From the NCBI GenBank assembly GCA_014905635.1, contig CM026547.1:3472001-3536000 (forward strand): a DNA stretch of 64,000 bases. Direction: 5' to 3'. Below the pieces are notes generated by a model, which was not told where the DNA came from, searched no databases, and saw only the letters and a program-made list of their open reading frames with translations. The translations under genes and the position numbers were made by a program. Below, in pieces: positions 46,545-58,976 of the stretch (within the stretch, counting starts at the first letter, position 1; each line of letters opens with the position of its first letter). Source of the DNA: Scenedesmus sp. PABB004 (lineage: Eukaryota).

Positions 46545-48888
46545 ATGGCGGGTGACGGCGCCGCCGCGGGCGGCCCGCGGCGCATCGTGCTGTGGCTGCG
46601 CAACGACCTGCGCCTGCGCGACAGCGCGGTCGTCGCGGCGGCGGTGGCCAAGGTCAAGGCGCGGCATGCGGACGAGGTGCTGCCGGTGTACTGCTACGAC
46701 CCGCGCTTCTTCGCGCTGAGCCCCTGGGGCAACACCAAGACCGGGCCCCACCGCGCGGCGTTCCTGCAGCAGTGCGTGGCCGACCTGCGCGGCAGCCTGC
46801 GCGCGGTGGGCAGCGACCTGCTGGTGGCCGTCGGGCGGCCGGAGGAGGTGCTGCCGGCGGCGCTGGAGGGCGCGGCGCCGGGCGGCGGCCTGGTGCTGAC
46901 GCAGCAGGAGGTGACGTCGGAGGAGGCGGCGGTGGACGCCAAGGTGGCGCGCGCGCTCAAGGGCCGCGCGCAGCTCGTGCGGCTGTGGGGGCCGTCGCTG
47001 TTCCACGTTGACGACCTGCCCTTTGGCGAGGGCCTGGCGACCATGCCCAGCGTGTTCACGCCGTTCCGGGAGAAGGTGGAGAAGCAGTGCAGCGTGCGTG
47101 CGGAGCTGCCCGCGCCGGCGGCGGGCGAGCTGCCGCTGCCGGCGGCGCTGGCGCCCGCGCTGGCGGCGCAGCTGCGCGAGGAGCTGCCGGGCTGGGAGCA
47201 GCTGCCCTGGCCGGCGGGCCACGCGCCGCAGCGGCCGGCGCCTCACCCGCAGGCGGCGCTGCAGTTCAAGGTGCGCGGCGCGGCGCCGCGGCTCGCTGGC
47301 CAGACCGCACGCACCCCTCTGCCAGAACAGCAGCCAGGCAGCGCGGGCCTTAAGATCACACCTCCCAGCCGCGTGCGGCTGTGCCCATGAGGTGGCATTG
47401 AGTCATACCCGCGCGACAGCGAGCAGCCTGGCCCCCGCCTGCTGCAGGCGGGGTGCCCAGCGTCCCCGTGGTACAGCCGCCGGCGCAGCTGAGCCGCCCG
47501 GCTGGCCTCAAAGCCGGGGAGACACGCACTGCTGCCAGCGGCGGCGCGCTGACGCGCGCTAACGCGTGCTGCCGCCGCTGCCGCGGACTGCGCCCGCCCG
47601 CGCAGGGCGGCGAGTCCGAGGCGCTCGCGCGGCTGCGCTACTACCTGTGGGACACCGACCTGGTGGCCGAGTACTTCAACGTGCGCAACGGCATGCGCGG
47701 CGGCGACTACTCAACAAAGGTGCGCGCATGGCGCCGCAGTCAGCGCAGCTCGTGCCGGCGTGCCTCGCCCCTGACGTCTCACCCCGAACCCGCGCCCCGC
47801 CCCGCCGCGCCGCGTGGTCAGTTTGCGCCGTGGCTGGCGGCGGGGTGCCTGTCGCCGCGCAGCGTGTACCACGAGCTCAAGCGCTACGAGGCGCAGCGCA
47901 CCGCCAACAAGAGCACCTACTGGGTCGTCTTTGAGCTGCTGGTGCGAGACTTTTACAGGTGCGCAGGACGTTCACACAGATGCGGCGCGGTTGCTGTGTT
48001 GGGGACAGACAGGCAGAGCTGGCTGTGCGCAGGGCGTGCGCTGGCCCTCGGCACCCCTCAGACGCGCGCCGCTGCCGTCCCGACCGCGCGCCGCCGCCCC
48101 GCCGCCGCCTCCGGTCGTGCGTGCTTTGACAGGTTTTACGCGATGCGCCAGGGCTCCCGCATCTTCAAGCCGGGCGGCCCCGCCGGGCTGCGGCTGCCCT
48201 GGAGCGCCGACCCGGAGCTCTGGGAGCGCTGGGTGAGCGGAACCACCGGCATCCCGCTGGTGGACGCCAACATGCGCGAGCTGGCCGCCACGGGTGAGCG
48301 TGCGCTTGCACGCCGCAGCAAGGGCCGCCGCCGCGGGGCAGCGCGGCGTGTCGCGCTCGGGCAGCGGCCGAGCGTCGACCTGCCTCCCCCTCGCCCCGCG
48401 CCCCGCGCGCCTGGGCAGGCTGGATGTCCAACCGCGGGCGCCAGAACGTTGCCAGCTACCTCGCGCTGGACCTGGGCGTCGACTGGCGGCGCGGCGCGGA
48501 CTGGTTTGAGCACGCGCTGCTGGACTATGACGTCGCGTCCAACTGGGGCAACTGGGTCGCCGCGGCGGGGCTGACGGGCGGGCGCGTCAACCACTTCAAC
48601 ATGGCCAAGCAGTCCAAGGACTACGACCCGGACGGCGACTACGTGCGCGCGTGGCTGCCGGAGCTGAGGAACGTGCCCGCGCCGCGCGTGCACGAGCCCT
48701 GGCTCATGTCCAAGGACGAGCAGGCGCGCTACGGGTGTGCCGTCGGCACCGACTACCCCGCGCCCATCCCCGCGGCGCGCTTCGGGCGCCCGCACGGCGG
48801 CAGCGGCCGCGTCGGCGGCGACCCCTCCGCCAGCGTCGACCGGGAGAAAGCAGCGTCCAAGCGCATGCCGAGCTCAGAGCGCTCGTGA
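46545..48888 (+). CDS. CRY-DASH: Cryptochrome DASH copy 1 (variant motif ELLVRDFY; upstream in-frame ATGs at 46485 and 46527)
   Basis: [80 protein letters not shown]; 5 exons. Confidence 0.92.
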
Positions 48889-49443
48889 CGACGCTGGCCG
48901 CACCTGGTGCCCTGTGCCCTTGCAGCGCAGCCCGCCTGTGCCCTGCGGGCCGGCTGGCAGGCGTTCGTGTGCGCGGCGCCAAGTGGTCTGTCTCACGGAC
49001 GTGCTCGCAGCTGGAGCTGCACCGCGCCTGCGTCGCGCACCAGCAGGCATCGCGCGCAGCCACTCGCGGTGCTGTGCCGCGCCTGGCGACCCCGGGATCT
49101 CCGCGCGCGCTCGACTACTCTCTGACTGGCCTGACGGAGCCCCCAGATTGTCATCCTGGCGCTGGCGTCGATAGTGCGACCGGCGGGCGCGGCGGCTGCC
49201 AGCCTCACGTGCTCGGTGCGGCGGCTGCGGCGCCGGGGCCGCGCGGCCGCCCAGCGCGGCTGGTGGGCTTCTGCCACGGCTCGGAGCACCGCCTGACCAC
49301 CGCTGGCGCCGCGCCCGCTGCCGCCGCCGGTGCCGCAGGCGCCGCACGCGGGTCGCACCGCCCGCGCAGCAGCGCGGCGCTACAGCAGCCCAGCCCGGCT
49401 GAGGGCCGGCGGCCCGCGCCACGTCTGCGTGTCGGCAACGGCC

Positions 49444-51848
49444 ATGGCGGGTGACGGCGCCGCCGCGGGCGGCCCGCGGCGCATCGTGCTGTGGCTGCGC
49501 AACGACCTGCGCCTGCGCGACAGCGCGGTCGTCGCGGCGGCGGTGGCCAAGGTCAAGGCGCGGCATGCGGACGAGGTGCTGCCGGTGTACTGCTACGACC
49601 CGCGCTTCTTCGCGCTGAGCCCCTGGGGCAACACCAAGACCGGGCCCCACCGCGCGGCGTTCCTGCAGCAGTGCGTGGCCGACCTGCGCGGCAGCCTGCG
49701 CGCGGTGGGCAGCGACCTGCTGGTGGCCGTCGGGCGGCCGGAGGAGGTGCTGCCGGCGGCGCTGGAGGGCGCGGCGCCGGGCGGCGGCCTGGTGCTGACG
49801 CAGCAGGAGGTGACGTCGGAGGAGGCGGCGGTGGACGCCAAGGTGGCGCGCGCGCTCAAGGGCCGCGCGCAGCTCGTGCGGCTGTGGGGGCCGTCGCTGT
49901 TCCACGTTGACGATCTGCCCTTTGGCGAGGGCCTGGCGACCATGCCCAGCGTGTTCACGCCGTTCCGGGAGAAGGTGGAGAAGCAGTGCAGCGTGCGTGC
50001 GGAGCTGCCCGCGCCGGCGGCGGGCGAGCTGCCGCTGCCGGCGGCGCTGGCGCCCGCGCTGGCGGCGCAGCTGCGCGAGGAGCTGCCGGGCTGGGAGCAG
50101 CTGCCCTGGCCGGCGGGCCACGCGCCGCAGCGGCCGGCGCCTCACCCGCAGGCGGCGCTGCAGTTCAAGGTGCGCGGCGCGGCGCCGCGGCTCGCTGGCC
50201 AGACCGCACGCACCCCTCTGCCAGAACAGCAGCCAGGCAGCGCGGGCCTTAAGATCACACCTCCCAGCCGCGTGCGGCTGTGCCCATGAGGTGGCATTGA
50301 GTCATACCCGCGCGACAGCGAGCAGCCTGGCCCCCGCCTGCTGCAGGCGGGGTGCCCAGCGTCCCCGTGGTACAGCCGCCGGCGCAGCTGAGCCGCCCGG
50401 CTGGCCTCAAAGCCGGGGAGACACGCACTGCTGCCAGCGGCGGCGCGCTAACGCGTGCTGCCGCCGCTGCCGCGGACTGCGCCCGCCCGCGCAGGGCGGC
50501 GAGTCCGAGGCGCTCGCGCGGCTGCGCTACTACCTGTGGGACACCGACCTGGTGGCCGAGTACTTCAACGTGCGCAACGGCATGCTCGGCGGCGACTACT
50601 CAACAAAGGTGCGCGCATGGCGCCGCAGTCAGCGCAGCTCGTGCCGGCGTGCCTCGCCCCTGACGTCTCACCCCGAACCCGCGCCCCGCCCCGCCGCGCC
50701 GCGTGGTCAGTTTGCGCCGTGGCTGGCGGCGGGGTGCCTGTCGCCGCGCAGCGTGTACCACGAGCTCAAGCGCTACGAGGCGCAGCGCACCGCCAACAAG
50801 AGCACCTACTGGGTCGTCTTTGAGCTCATCTGGCGCGACTTCTTCAGGTGCGATCCGGCCGCAGCTGCAGGCTCGGCCGCTGCGACAGCTCCGTGCCGTC
50901 AGAGCACAGCTGGACTGGCGCACGGTATGTGCCCGCGCTGGCCGTGTCCTCCCCTCTCTGGCCGCCGCCGACCGCGCGCCGCCGCCCCGCCGCCGCCTCC
51001 GGTCGTGCGTGCTTTGACAGGTTTTACGCGATGCGCCAGGGCTCCCGCATCTTCAAGCCGGGCGGCCCCGCCGGGCTGCGGCTGCCCTGGAGCGCCGACC
51101 CGGAGCTCTGGGAGCGCTGGGTGAGCGGAACCACCGGCATCCCGCTGGTGGACGCCAACATGCGCGAGCTGGCCGCCACGGGTGAGCGTGCGCTTGCACG
51201 CCGCAGCAAGGGCCGCCGCCGCGGGGCAGCGCGGCGTGTCGCGCTCGGGCAGCGGCCGAGCGTCGACCTGCCTCCCCCGCGCCCCGCGCCCCGCGCGCCT
51301 GGGCAGGCTGGATGTCCAACCGCGGGCGCCAGAACGTTGCCAGCTACCTCGCGCTGGACCTGGGCGTCGACTGGCGGCGCGGCGCGGACTGGTTTGAGCA
51401 CGCGCTGCTGGACTATGACGTCGCGTCCAACTGGGGCAACTGGGTCGCCGCGGCGGGGCTGACGGGCGGGCGCGTCAACCACTTCAACATGGCCAAGCAG
51501 TCCAAGGACTACGACCCGGACGGCGACTACGTGCGCGCGTGGCTGCCGGAGCTGAGGAACGTGCCCGCGCCGCGCGTGCACGAGCCCTGGCTCATGTCCA
51601 AGGACGAGCAGGCGCGCTACGGGTGTGCCGTCGGCACCGACTACCCCGCGCCCATCCCCGCGGCGCGCTTCGGGCGCCCGCACGCCGCCGGCGGGCCGCA
51701 CCGCAGCGGCGGCGGCGGCGACGCGCGGGGCTACCGCGCGGGCACGGGCGACCGCGCGAGCCGCGGCGGCGGGCGCAGCGGGCGCGGCGGCGGGCGCGGC
51801 GGCGGGCGCGGCAGCAGGCCGCGCAGCGAGTTTGACCGCTACGGCTGA
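49444..51848 (+). CDS. CRY-DASH: Cryptochrome DASH copy 2 (canonical [11 protein letters not shown]-rich tail)
   Basis: Same motifs and exon structure as copy 1; ends ...[29 protein letters not shown]. Confidence 0.93.
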
Positions 51849-52358
51849 GCGCCGGCGGGCGGGCGGGAGAGTTGCCGCGGGCGCTCCGTTGTTGTGACTG
51901 CCTGACTGGCCGGGGACGGTCGACGCTCGGCGCGCGCGCAAACAGGGAGGACCGCGCGAGCGCAGTCGGTTGCACAACCGCGCCTCGGGCCGCGCCCGCC
52001 CGCAGCAGCGCTCGCTCTCTCAGGCGCGCGGCCGCCAATGCTGCTGCCGCCGCCCGCCCGCGCCGCCGCGGGGCGGGCCCGATCAGGCCGGCGCCCGACG
52101 CGCGGCGCGCCGCCCGCGCCGCCCGGCCGGGCGCCGGCAATCCATCGCAAAAGCCACAACAGGCCGGCCTGCACCCCCGCCGCTCCCGACCCCGCGCGCG
52201 CCAACGCGCGCCCCGCCCCGCGCGCTGCCCGCGCCGCCCCCCCTCCCAGCGGCTCGCCGCCGCCGCGGGCCTCACGCGCCACGCCGCGCGCCGCCGCGCC
52301 GCGCACCGCCGCGCACCGCGCGCCGCCGCGCCGCGTGCCGCGTGCTGCGCCGCGCTCG

Positions 52359-55300
52359 TCAGTCGTCGCCGATGTAGTAGTACGTCCCCGCGTCCTTCTG
52401 CTCGCGGTCCTTGGTGCTGTTGAGCTTGTTGATGCGGGGGCGGTAGTTGGTGGGGTCGCGGCGGAACGTGATGTCGAGGTTGGCCAGGAACGAGTTCATG
52501 CCCGTGAGCAGGCTCTGCGGCGTGCGCGCGGTCGCGTCGCGCGAGGGCGTGCCCTCGTACACGATCACGCGGTCGGCGAGGTAGGTGGCCATGATGAAGT
52601 CGTGCTCCACGATGAACGCCGTCTTCTTGCTGTGCATGATGAAGCGCTTGATGACCTGGCGGGCGGCAGCGGCAGCAGCATGGAGCCAGCCAGCCAGGGA
52701 GGGCAGGTGAGTGTGTGTGTAGGGGGCACATGGCGGGTGAGCGGGCGAGAGGGGGAGAGAGCGGGAGAGAGCGGGAGAGGCAGCGGCGCGGCGCGGCGTG
52801 TGTGCTGAGTGCGCGCGCGGCGGCGCGCGCCTTTGAGGCCATGATGCGCTGCTCGCTGTCGAGGTAGGCGCTGGGCTCGTCGATGAGGTAGATGTCGGCC
52901 GGCTGCCCCAGGCACAGCGCGAGCGCGACGCGCTGCAGCTCGCCGCCCGACAGGTTTTGCACCTCCAGGTCCATCAGCGGCTCGATCGTCATCGGCTTCA
53001 TGACGTCGCTCACAAACTGCGGCGGCGCACGCACGCGCACGCGGCGCGGGCGGCGGGCGGCGGGCCGCAGCGGCGGCGTGGGCGTGGGCGGCAGCGCGCG
53101 CGCGAGTCCGGGCGCGCGGCGCGGCGCTGCACAGCACGCGCGGCGCGCGGCGCGCGCGCGCGGCAGGCGGCGCGCGCCTGCGGGTGGAGGTAGCTGTCGC
53201 GGATCTTCTTGTGCAGCAGCTGCCGCACGGAGCCCTCGAACTTGGGGCTGATCTTCTGCGGCTTGTAGCTCACGTTGAAGGTCGGCATGTCGGCGTCGCC
53301 CTGCGCGCGCGCATTCGCGCGCGCGCGCACGACACGTCAGCGCGCCGCCGCGGCCGCTGCACACCCGCACGCCCCAGCCACCACTTGCCCTGCCCCCCCC
53401 CCCCTCCCTCTCCCTCTGTGCGCGCTGCGCGCCTCGTCGGGCGTGAGCATGCCGGCGAGCATGCGGATGAAGGTCGTCTTGCCCGTCCCGTTCTCGCCGA
53501 GCATGACCAGGATCTCGCTGTCAGTGAACTCGCCCTCCTCCACGCGCATCGTGAAGTTGCCCTGAACACACACGCGCGTCACGCGTCGCGCGGCGGGCGC
53601 GGGCGCGCGCGCGAGCGCGGCGCTGCCGTTGTCACTGGCGGCGGCGGCGGCGGCGAGCCCGCGCGCGGCGAGGGGCGGGCGCGCGGCGCGGCCGGCGCGC
53701 GCGCGGCGGCGGGCGCGCGCACGAGCGTCTTGGTCATGGCCGGGTACTGGTAGCGCAGGAACTTCTTGACCTCCTCCTCCTTGGTGTCCGTCTCGGCGAC
53801 CTTGAATGTCAGCCCCTCCTCGCGGAAGCGCAGGTTCTCGGTCGGCACAAAGCCTGGCGCGGCGGCGGCGGCGCGTGAGCGGCGGTGCGGCGCGTGAGCG
53901 GCGGCGCGGCGGGCGCCGGCCACTGCCTCGGACCTGCCCCACCGCGCGGGCTGGCAGGCCCTGCCGGCGCGCCGCGCGGAGCTGGCTGCAGGCCGCGCCC
54001 GCCCGCCGTGCTGGCCCCCCCGCAGGCGGGGCGGCGGCTGCGGCGGCGGGTCACCGGCGAGGAAAATGTTGATGCCCTCGCGCACGCTGAAGGGCAGCGT
54101 GACGACGCCGTAGGCGCCGGGCTTGCCGTAGAGGCAGCAGATGAAGTCGCTGAGGTAGTCGAGCACGCTGAGGTCGTGCTCCACCACGATCACGTAGCGC
54201 TGCTGGTGGCCCTCGCCCTCCGTGCCCAGCAGCTCGCGGATTACCTGGCGCGGGGCGCGGCGCGGCGCGGGGCGGCGCGGCGGCGCGGTCGGTGGTCGGC
54301 GCGGGCGGCGGGCGCCGGCCGAGCTGCGTGCGGCGGCCGCGCCGGCGCCGGTGCCGCGGCGCCGCACCTTTGCGGCGTGGAGGCGCTGGCGCACGTCGAG
54401 GTAGCTGCTGGGCTCGTCGATCATGTACACGTCCGCCGCCTGCGCCGCGACGACCGCGATCGCAAAGCGCTGCAGCTCGCCGCCCGACAGGTGCTCCACG
54501 TTGCGGTCCAGCACCTGCGCGCCCGCGCGCGCGGCGCGCGCGCGGCGTCGGCGCGCCGCCCGCCGCCCCCGCGCGCGCCGCCCCCGCCCCCGCCCCTATG
54601 TCTGCCCCTGCCCCCGCCCCTGCCCCTGCCCCCGCCCCTCCGCCATGCCCCGGTGTGTCGTGCGCCGCCGCGGCGCGCCTGCTCGAGGTCGAGCTTCTTG
54701 AGCAGGTAGGGCTTGATGCCGCGCTGGTCCTTGCCGGTGAGCACCTCGTCCACGTTGCCGCGCACGGCCTTGGGGATGTGGTCCACGTACTGCGGCTTGA
54801 TGACCGCCTTGATGTCGTCCTCGAGCACGCGCGTAAAGTAGTTCTGCGCGCGCGCCGCCGCGAGGCAGAGGGCGGGCGACGCGGCGGCGGCGGCTGCGTG
54901 AGGTGCGCGCGCGGGCGGGCGGGCGGGCAAGACGGCGGGCGGGCGGGCGGGCGGGCGGGCGGCCGCGGCGCCGGCGCCGGCGCCGCCCGGCCCCGCGCCG
55001 CGCCCTGCCGCCGCGCTGCGGCTGCGGCTGCGCCGCTGCGCCGCGCCGCTGCGCCGCGCGGCGCGCCGCTGGCCGCGCCTGGAGCTCGCTGCCCCTGAAG
55101 TATGCCAGGATCTCCTCCCAGTCGGGCGGCGAGGCGAAGCGGCCGAGGTTGGGCTTCAGCTTGCCCGCCAGGATCTTCAGCGCCGTGGACTTGCCGATGC
55201 CGTTGGTGCCCACCAGGCCCAGCACCTGCCCGGGGCGCGGCATCGGCATGCTGCGCGCGGGGCAGGCGGCGGCGGCGGCGGCGGCGGTGGGCGCGGCGCG

Positions 55301-56156
55301 GGGCCTGGGCGCTGCGCAGCCGTCGCCGGCGCGGCCTCGCACGGGCGCCCCCGCCGCCGGCTGCCGCCGCCTCCATCGCTGCGCCGGGCGCACCGGTGGA
55401 GCTTGAAGCTGTTGGGCCCGTATCGGTGCGACGTGTGGCCCTCCAGGTTCTTGGGCAGGTTGATGATCATGATCGCGTCAAAGGGGCACTTCTGCGCAGG
55501 CAGCGCGGCGGCGCCGCGTCGGCCGCTGCCGCAGCTCCGCGCGCCGGCGCGCGCGGCGCGGGCGGTTGCGCGGGCGGACGCCGCGCGGCTGCCCGCGCGC
55601 CTTGACGCAGATGCCGCAGCCAATGCAGAGCTCCTCCGAGATCCATGCCAGCTTGCTGTTGCTGGTCACCTCGATGCAGAGCTTGCCTGCGCGCCGGCGG
55701 CGGGCGGCGCGTCGGCCGGCCGGCCGGCGGCTGCGGGGCCCGCGCCCGCCGCCCCCGCCTGCCCGCGCGCCGGCCGCTGCCGCCGGCGCCGCCACGCGCC
55801 GACTTTGACGACGGGGCAGCTCTTCTTGCACTCCTGCCGGCACTTCTTCGGCTTGCACCTGCGCGCAGCAGCGACGGCCGCCGCCGCTGCGTCGGCGCGG
55901 CGCCCCCGCTGCGCGCGCCTGGTCGCCCGGCGTGCCCTGCGCCGGCATGGAGCGGGCTGCGCGGCGCGGGCCCGCCCGGCGGGCCCGCCCGGGGGCAAGG
56001 GCGCGGCAGTGCTGCAGCCATCACTGCCGGCCGCTGCTGCCGCCGCGCCGGCGGCCCCCGCCGCGCCGTGCGGCGTCCGCACCGGTCCTCGTTGACGATG
56101 GCAATGCGCGTCAGCGTCTCCTCCGGCTCCTGCTGCTTTTTGGCCTTCGGCGCCAT
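52359..56156 (-). CDS. ABCE1: ABCE1/RLI1 ribosome-recycling ATPase, 13 exons
   Basis: [26 protein letters not shown] and [13 protein letters not shown] (Fe-S domain), [17 protein letters not shown] twice, [24 protein letters not shown]. Confidence 0.98.
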
Positions 56157-56814
56157 GCCGGCCGGCGCGTGGGCTCGCCCGCGAGGAGGGCGCCCAGGTG
56201 CCGGTGTCGCCGGAGCGGCGGCGGGAAAGGGGCGCGGCGGCGGGCGCGGCGCGGCCCAGGCGCGGCGGCGGCGGGCGCGCGGCGGCGGCTCCGGCGGCGC
56301 TGCGCCCCGACGCGCGGAGCGGTTGTGCCGGCGCACGGCAGCAGGATTGCCACGAGCACGCCAGTGCTGCTGGCGCCAACGCAGTGCCACGGTGACGGCG
56401 GCTGGCCCCCACCCTTGCGTTCCGAGTCCCCCGTAAAGGTTGCGGCGCCGCCGCCCGGCGGGCGCGCCCGAGCATGCATGCGCCGCGCCCCCGCATGAGT
56501 GGTGCGCGCGTCCACGCGACGACGGAACCAAGCCCAAGGCCCTCCCAGCCACCGGCACCCGCCACAAAAGCCCTCCCAGCCACCCACGAGCAGGTCAACC
56601 AGGGGACACGCACGCGAGGTGTGCGGCGCACGCACGCGCGAGCGTGCACGGGGCGCTCATTGCGCCCAGAAGCGTGGGGACGCGAGCGCCAGCCGGCGGG
56701 CGCCTATGTACACTACCGGGGGCGCGCCGAGGCAGCGCCACGCATTCATCGCGCGCGCCGCCGCGGCGGGCCGGGGGCTGCAGGCCGCGCGCCCGCCGGC
56801 GGGCCGCGCGGCGC

Positions 56815-58438
56815 TCAGCCGCCGAACCGGAACTTGAGCACGACGCAGCTGATGTTGTCGTTGCTGCCGCGCGTGAAGGCCTCCTGCACCAGGCGGTGTG
56901 CCGCCCGGTCGGCCTCGTGGATGTCCTTCACCAGCATGACCGCGTCCTGCGACCGACCACACCCAGCACCACCGCGGCGCGGCGCGTGAGCCGCGCGGCG
57001 CTGGGGCGGGCCCTGCCGCGGGCGCCGCCGCCGCCGCCGCCGGCACCGCCCGCGCCGGCGCCGCACCTGGTTGCTGACCACGTCCCACAGGCCGTCGCTG
57101 GCGAGTATCAAGCAGTCGTCCGCGGGCCCGAGGCGCTCCTCGCGCACGTCGGGCGTGGCGATGACGTACTTTTTGAGCGGCCGGTCGCCAAACGCGCGGC
57201 TGACGGCGAGCACGCCGCCCACGCGCCACGTGCCCGCCCACACGACCACGCCGCCCGCGTCCTCGATGCGCGCGCGCTCCTCGCGCGTGTTGGGCTTGTG
57301 GTCCATCGACAGCGGCACCGCTGCGCGTCGGCAGGCGGGCGGGCGGCGCGGGGCGCGCGTGGGCGGCGGCCGCCGGGCGTGCGCGCCGGGCGGGCGCGGC
57401 GGCGCGCCGCCGCTCGCCCGCGCCGCACCTTTGCCGCCGCGCGACAGCACCGCTCGCGAGTCCCCCACGTTTGCCACCAGCACGCGCTCCCCCACCACCA
57501 CAGCGGTCACAGCTGTGCACCCGTCGTCTCTGCTGTTGTTGTCCGACGTGCGCTGCAGGTACTGCTGGTCAGTGTGCTCAAACGCCTCCACTGCGGGGGC
57601 GGCGGGGGCGGCGGCGCGCACGCGTCGGCTGCGCGCGCGGCGGCCACGCCCCCGCCGCCCGCCGCGCACCGCGGCCGCGCGGCCGCCGCGCGCCCAGCGC
57701 GCCGCGCGCGCCGCACCTAGCGCGCTCGTGGTGTCGGTGTTGAACTTGGAGTGCTGCAGGAGGTTGATGAACAGGTTGGTGCGCACAAAGTCCGCCGCGT
57801 TGGGGCCGCCGTGCCCTGCGTGCCGTGGCGCGCGGGGCGCGCGCGTCGCGGCGCGGCGCGGCCTGACGCGCGCCGCTGCGCCGCTGGCCTGCTGCCGCGA
57901 CTGCGGCAGCCGCCGCCGGTGCGGCCGTCGCCGCCGCTGCCGCCGCTGCCGCCGCCGCTGCCGCTACGGCTGGCGCTCGGCCGCTGCCGCGGGGGCGCCG
58001 CACCGTCAAACACGCCGAAGAGGCCCACCACCTCGCCGCTCGACGGCGCGGTCTTGAACTGCGCGGCGGGGGCGGCGGCGGCGCTCGCTCGCTCGCGCCA
58101 CACGCGCGGCCGCGGCGCGCGGGCCGGTGCGGCGCTGGGCGCGCCGCCGCCGCTGCTGCTGCTGCCGCCGCCGCCGCCGCGCCCAACGGCGCACCTGCGC
58201 GTGGTGAAAGTCCTCCATGTTGGAGCGCTTGCCCCGCAGCAGCGAGTAGCCGAACGCCACCTTGCCGTCGGGCCTGTTGTTGCATCGCGGCGCGCGCGGC
58301 GGGCGGATTGCGGCGCCGATTCGGGTGCCGCGGCGGGCGCTGCTGCCGCCGTCCCGGCCTGCCGGCGCACCGCATGTCGCCGCCGTGGTGCGGCGTGTTG
58401 GCCGAGACGTAGCTGGGCCTCTTTTCGGTCGCCAGCAT
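56815..58438 (-). CDS. Protein phosphatase 2C
   Basis: GKRSNMEDF, FGVFDGHGG, DGCTAVTAV, VANVGDSRAV, DHKPN, LAVSRAFGD, LILASDGLWDV, GSNDNISC. Confidence 0.95.
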
Positions 58439-58976
58439 CGCGCCCGGCGCCGCGCGGGGCCCGGCAGCAGCAGCGGAGGCCGCTGCCCGTGGCCGCCCCC
58501 CGCCCGGCGCCCGACTGGGACTGACTAGCGCCGCGGCCGATCAGCACGCATCGGCGTGCCCGGAGCCGTCCGCGCGTGCTTGCAGGGGCCAGGCGCGGCG
58601 CGCGGCGAGGGCCGGCCGGCGGAGGGCGTGCCGCTGCGTCTCGCGGCCGGTGCTGGCGGTGCGGATGGGCCCGTGGGCGCGCGGTGTGCGCGGGCTGGCC
58701 CGCCTGGCGCGGCGCGGCGCGCACGACCCCTAAAAACCAACGCGCTGCGCCCTCGCCGCGCCGCGCCGGCGCCCCGCGCCGCGCCAGCCCGCCCACCGCC
58801 GCAGAGCGGCGCGGTCGTGACGCAGGAAGCCCGGCCGAGCCCGCTACGCGGCCAGGGCGCGCCAGATCAGGGGCGCATGCGCGCCGCGCCCGCCGAGCCA
58901 CAGCCCTGCGCGCGCCTGGGCGCCTGATCGGCCCCACACCGTCAGCCCGGGCGGCGCCGCTGCCGAGGCGGGCGCC

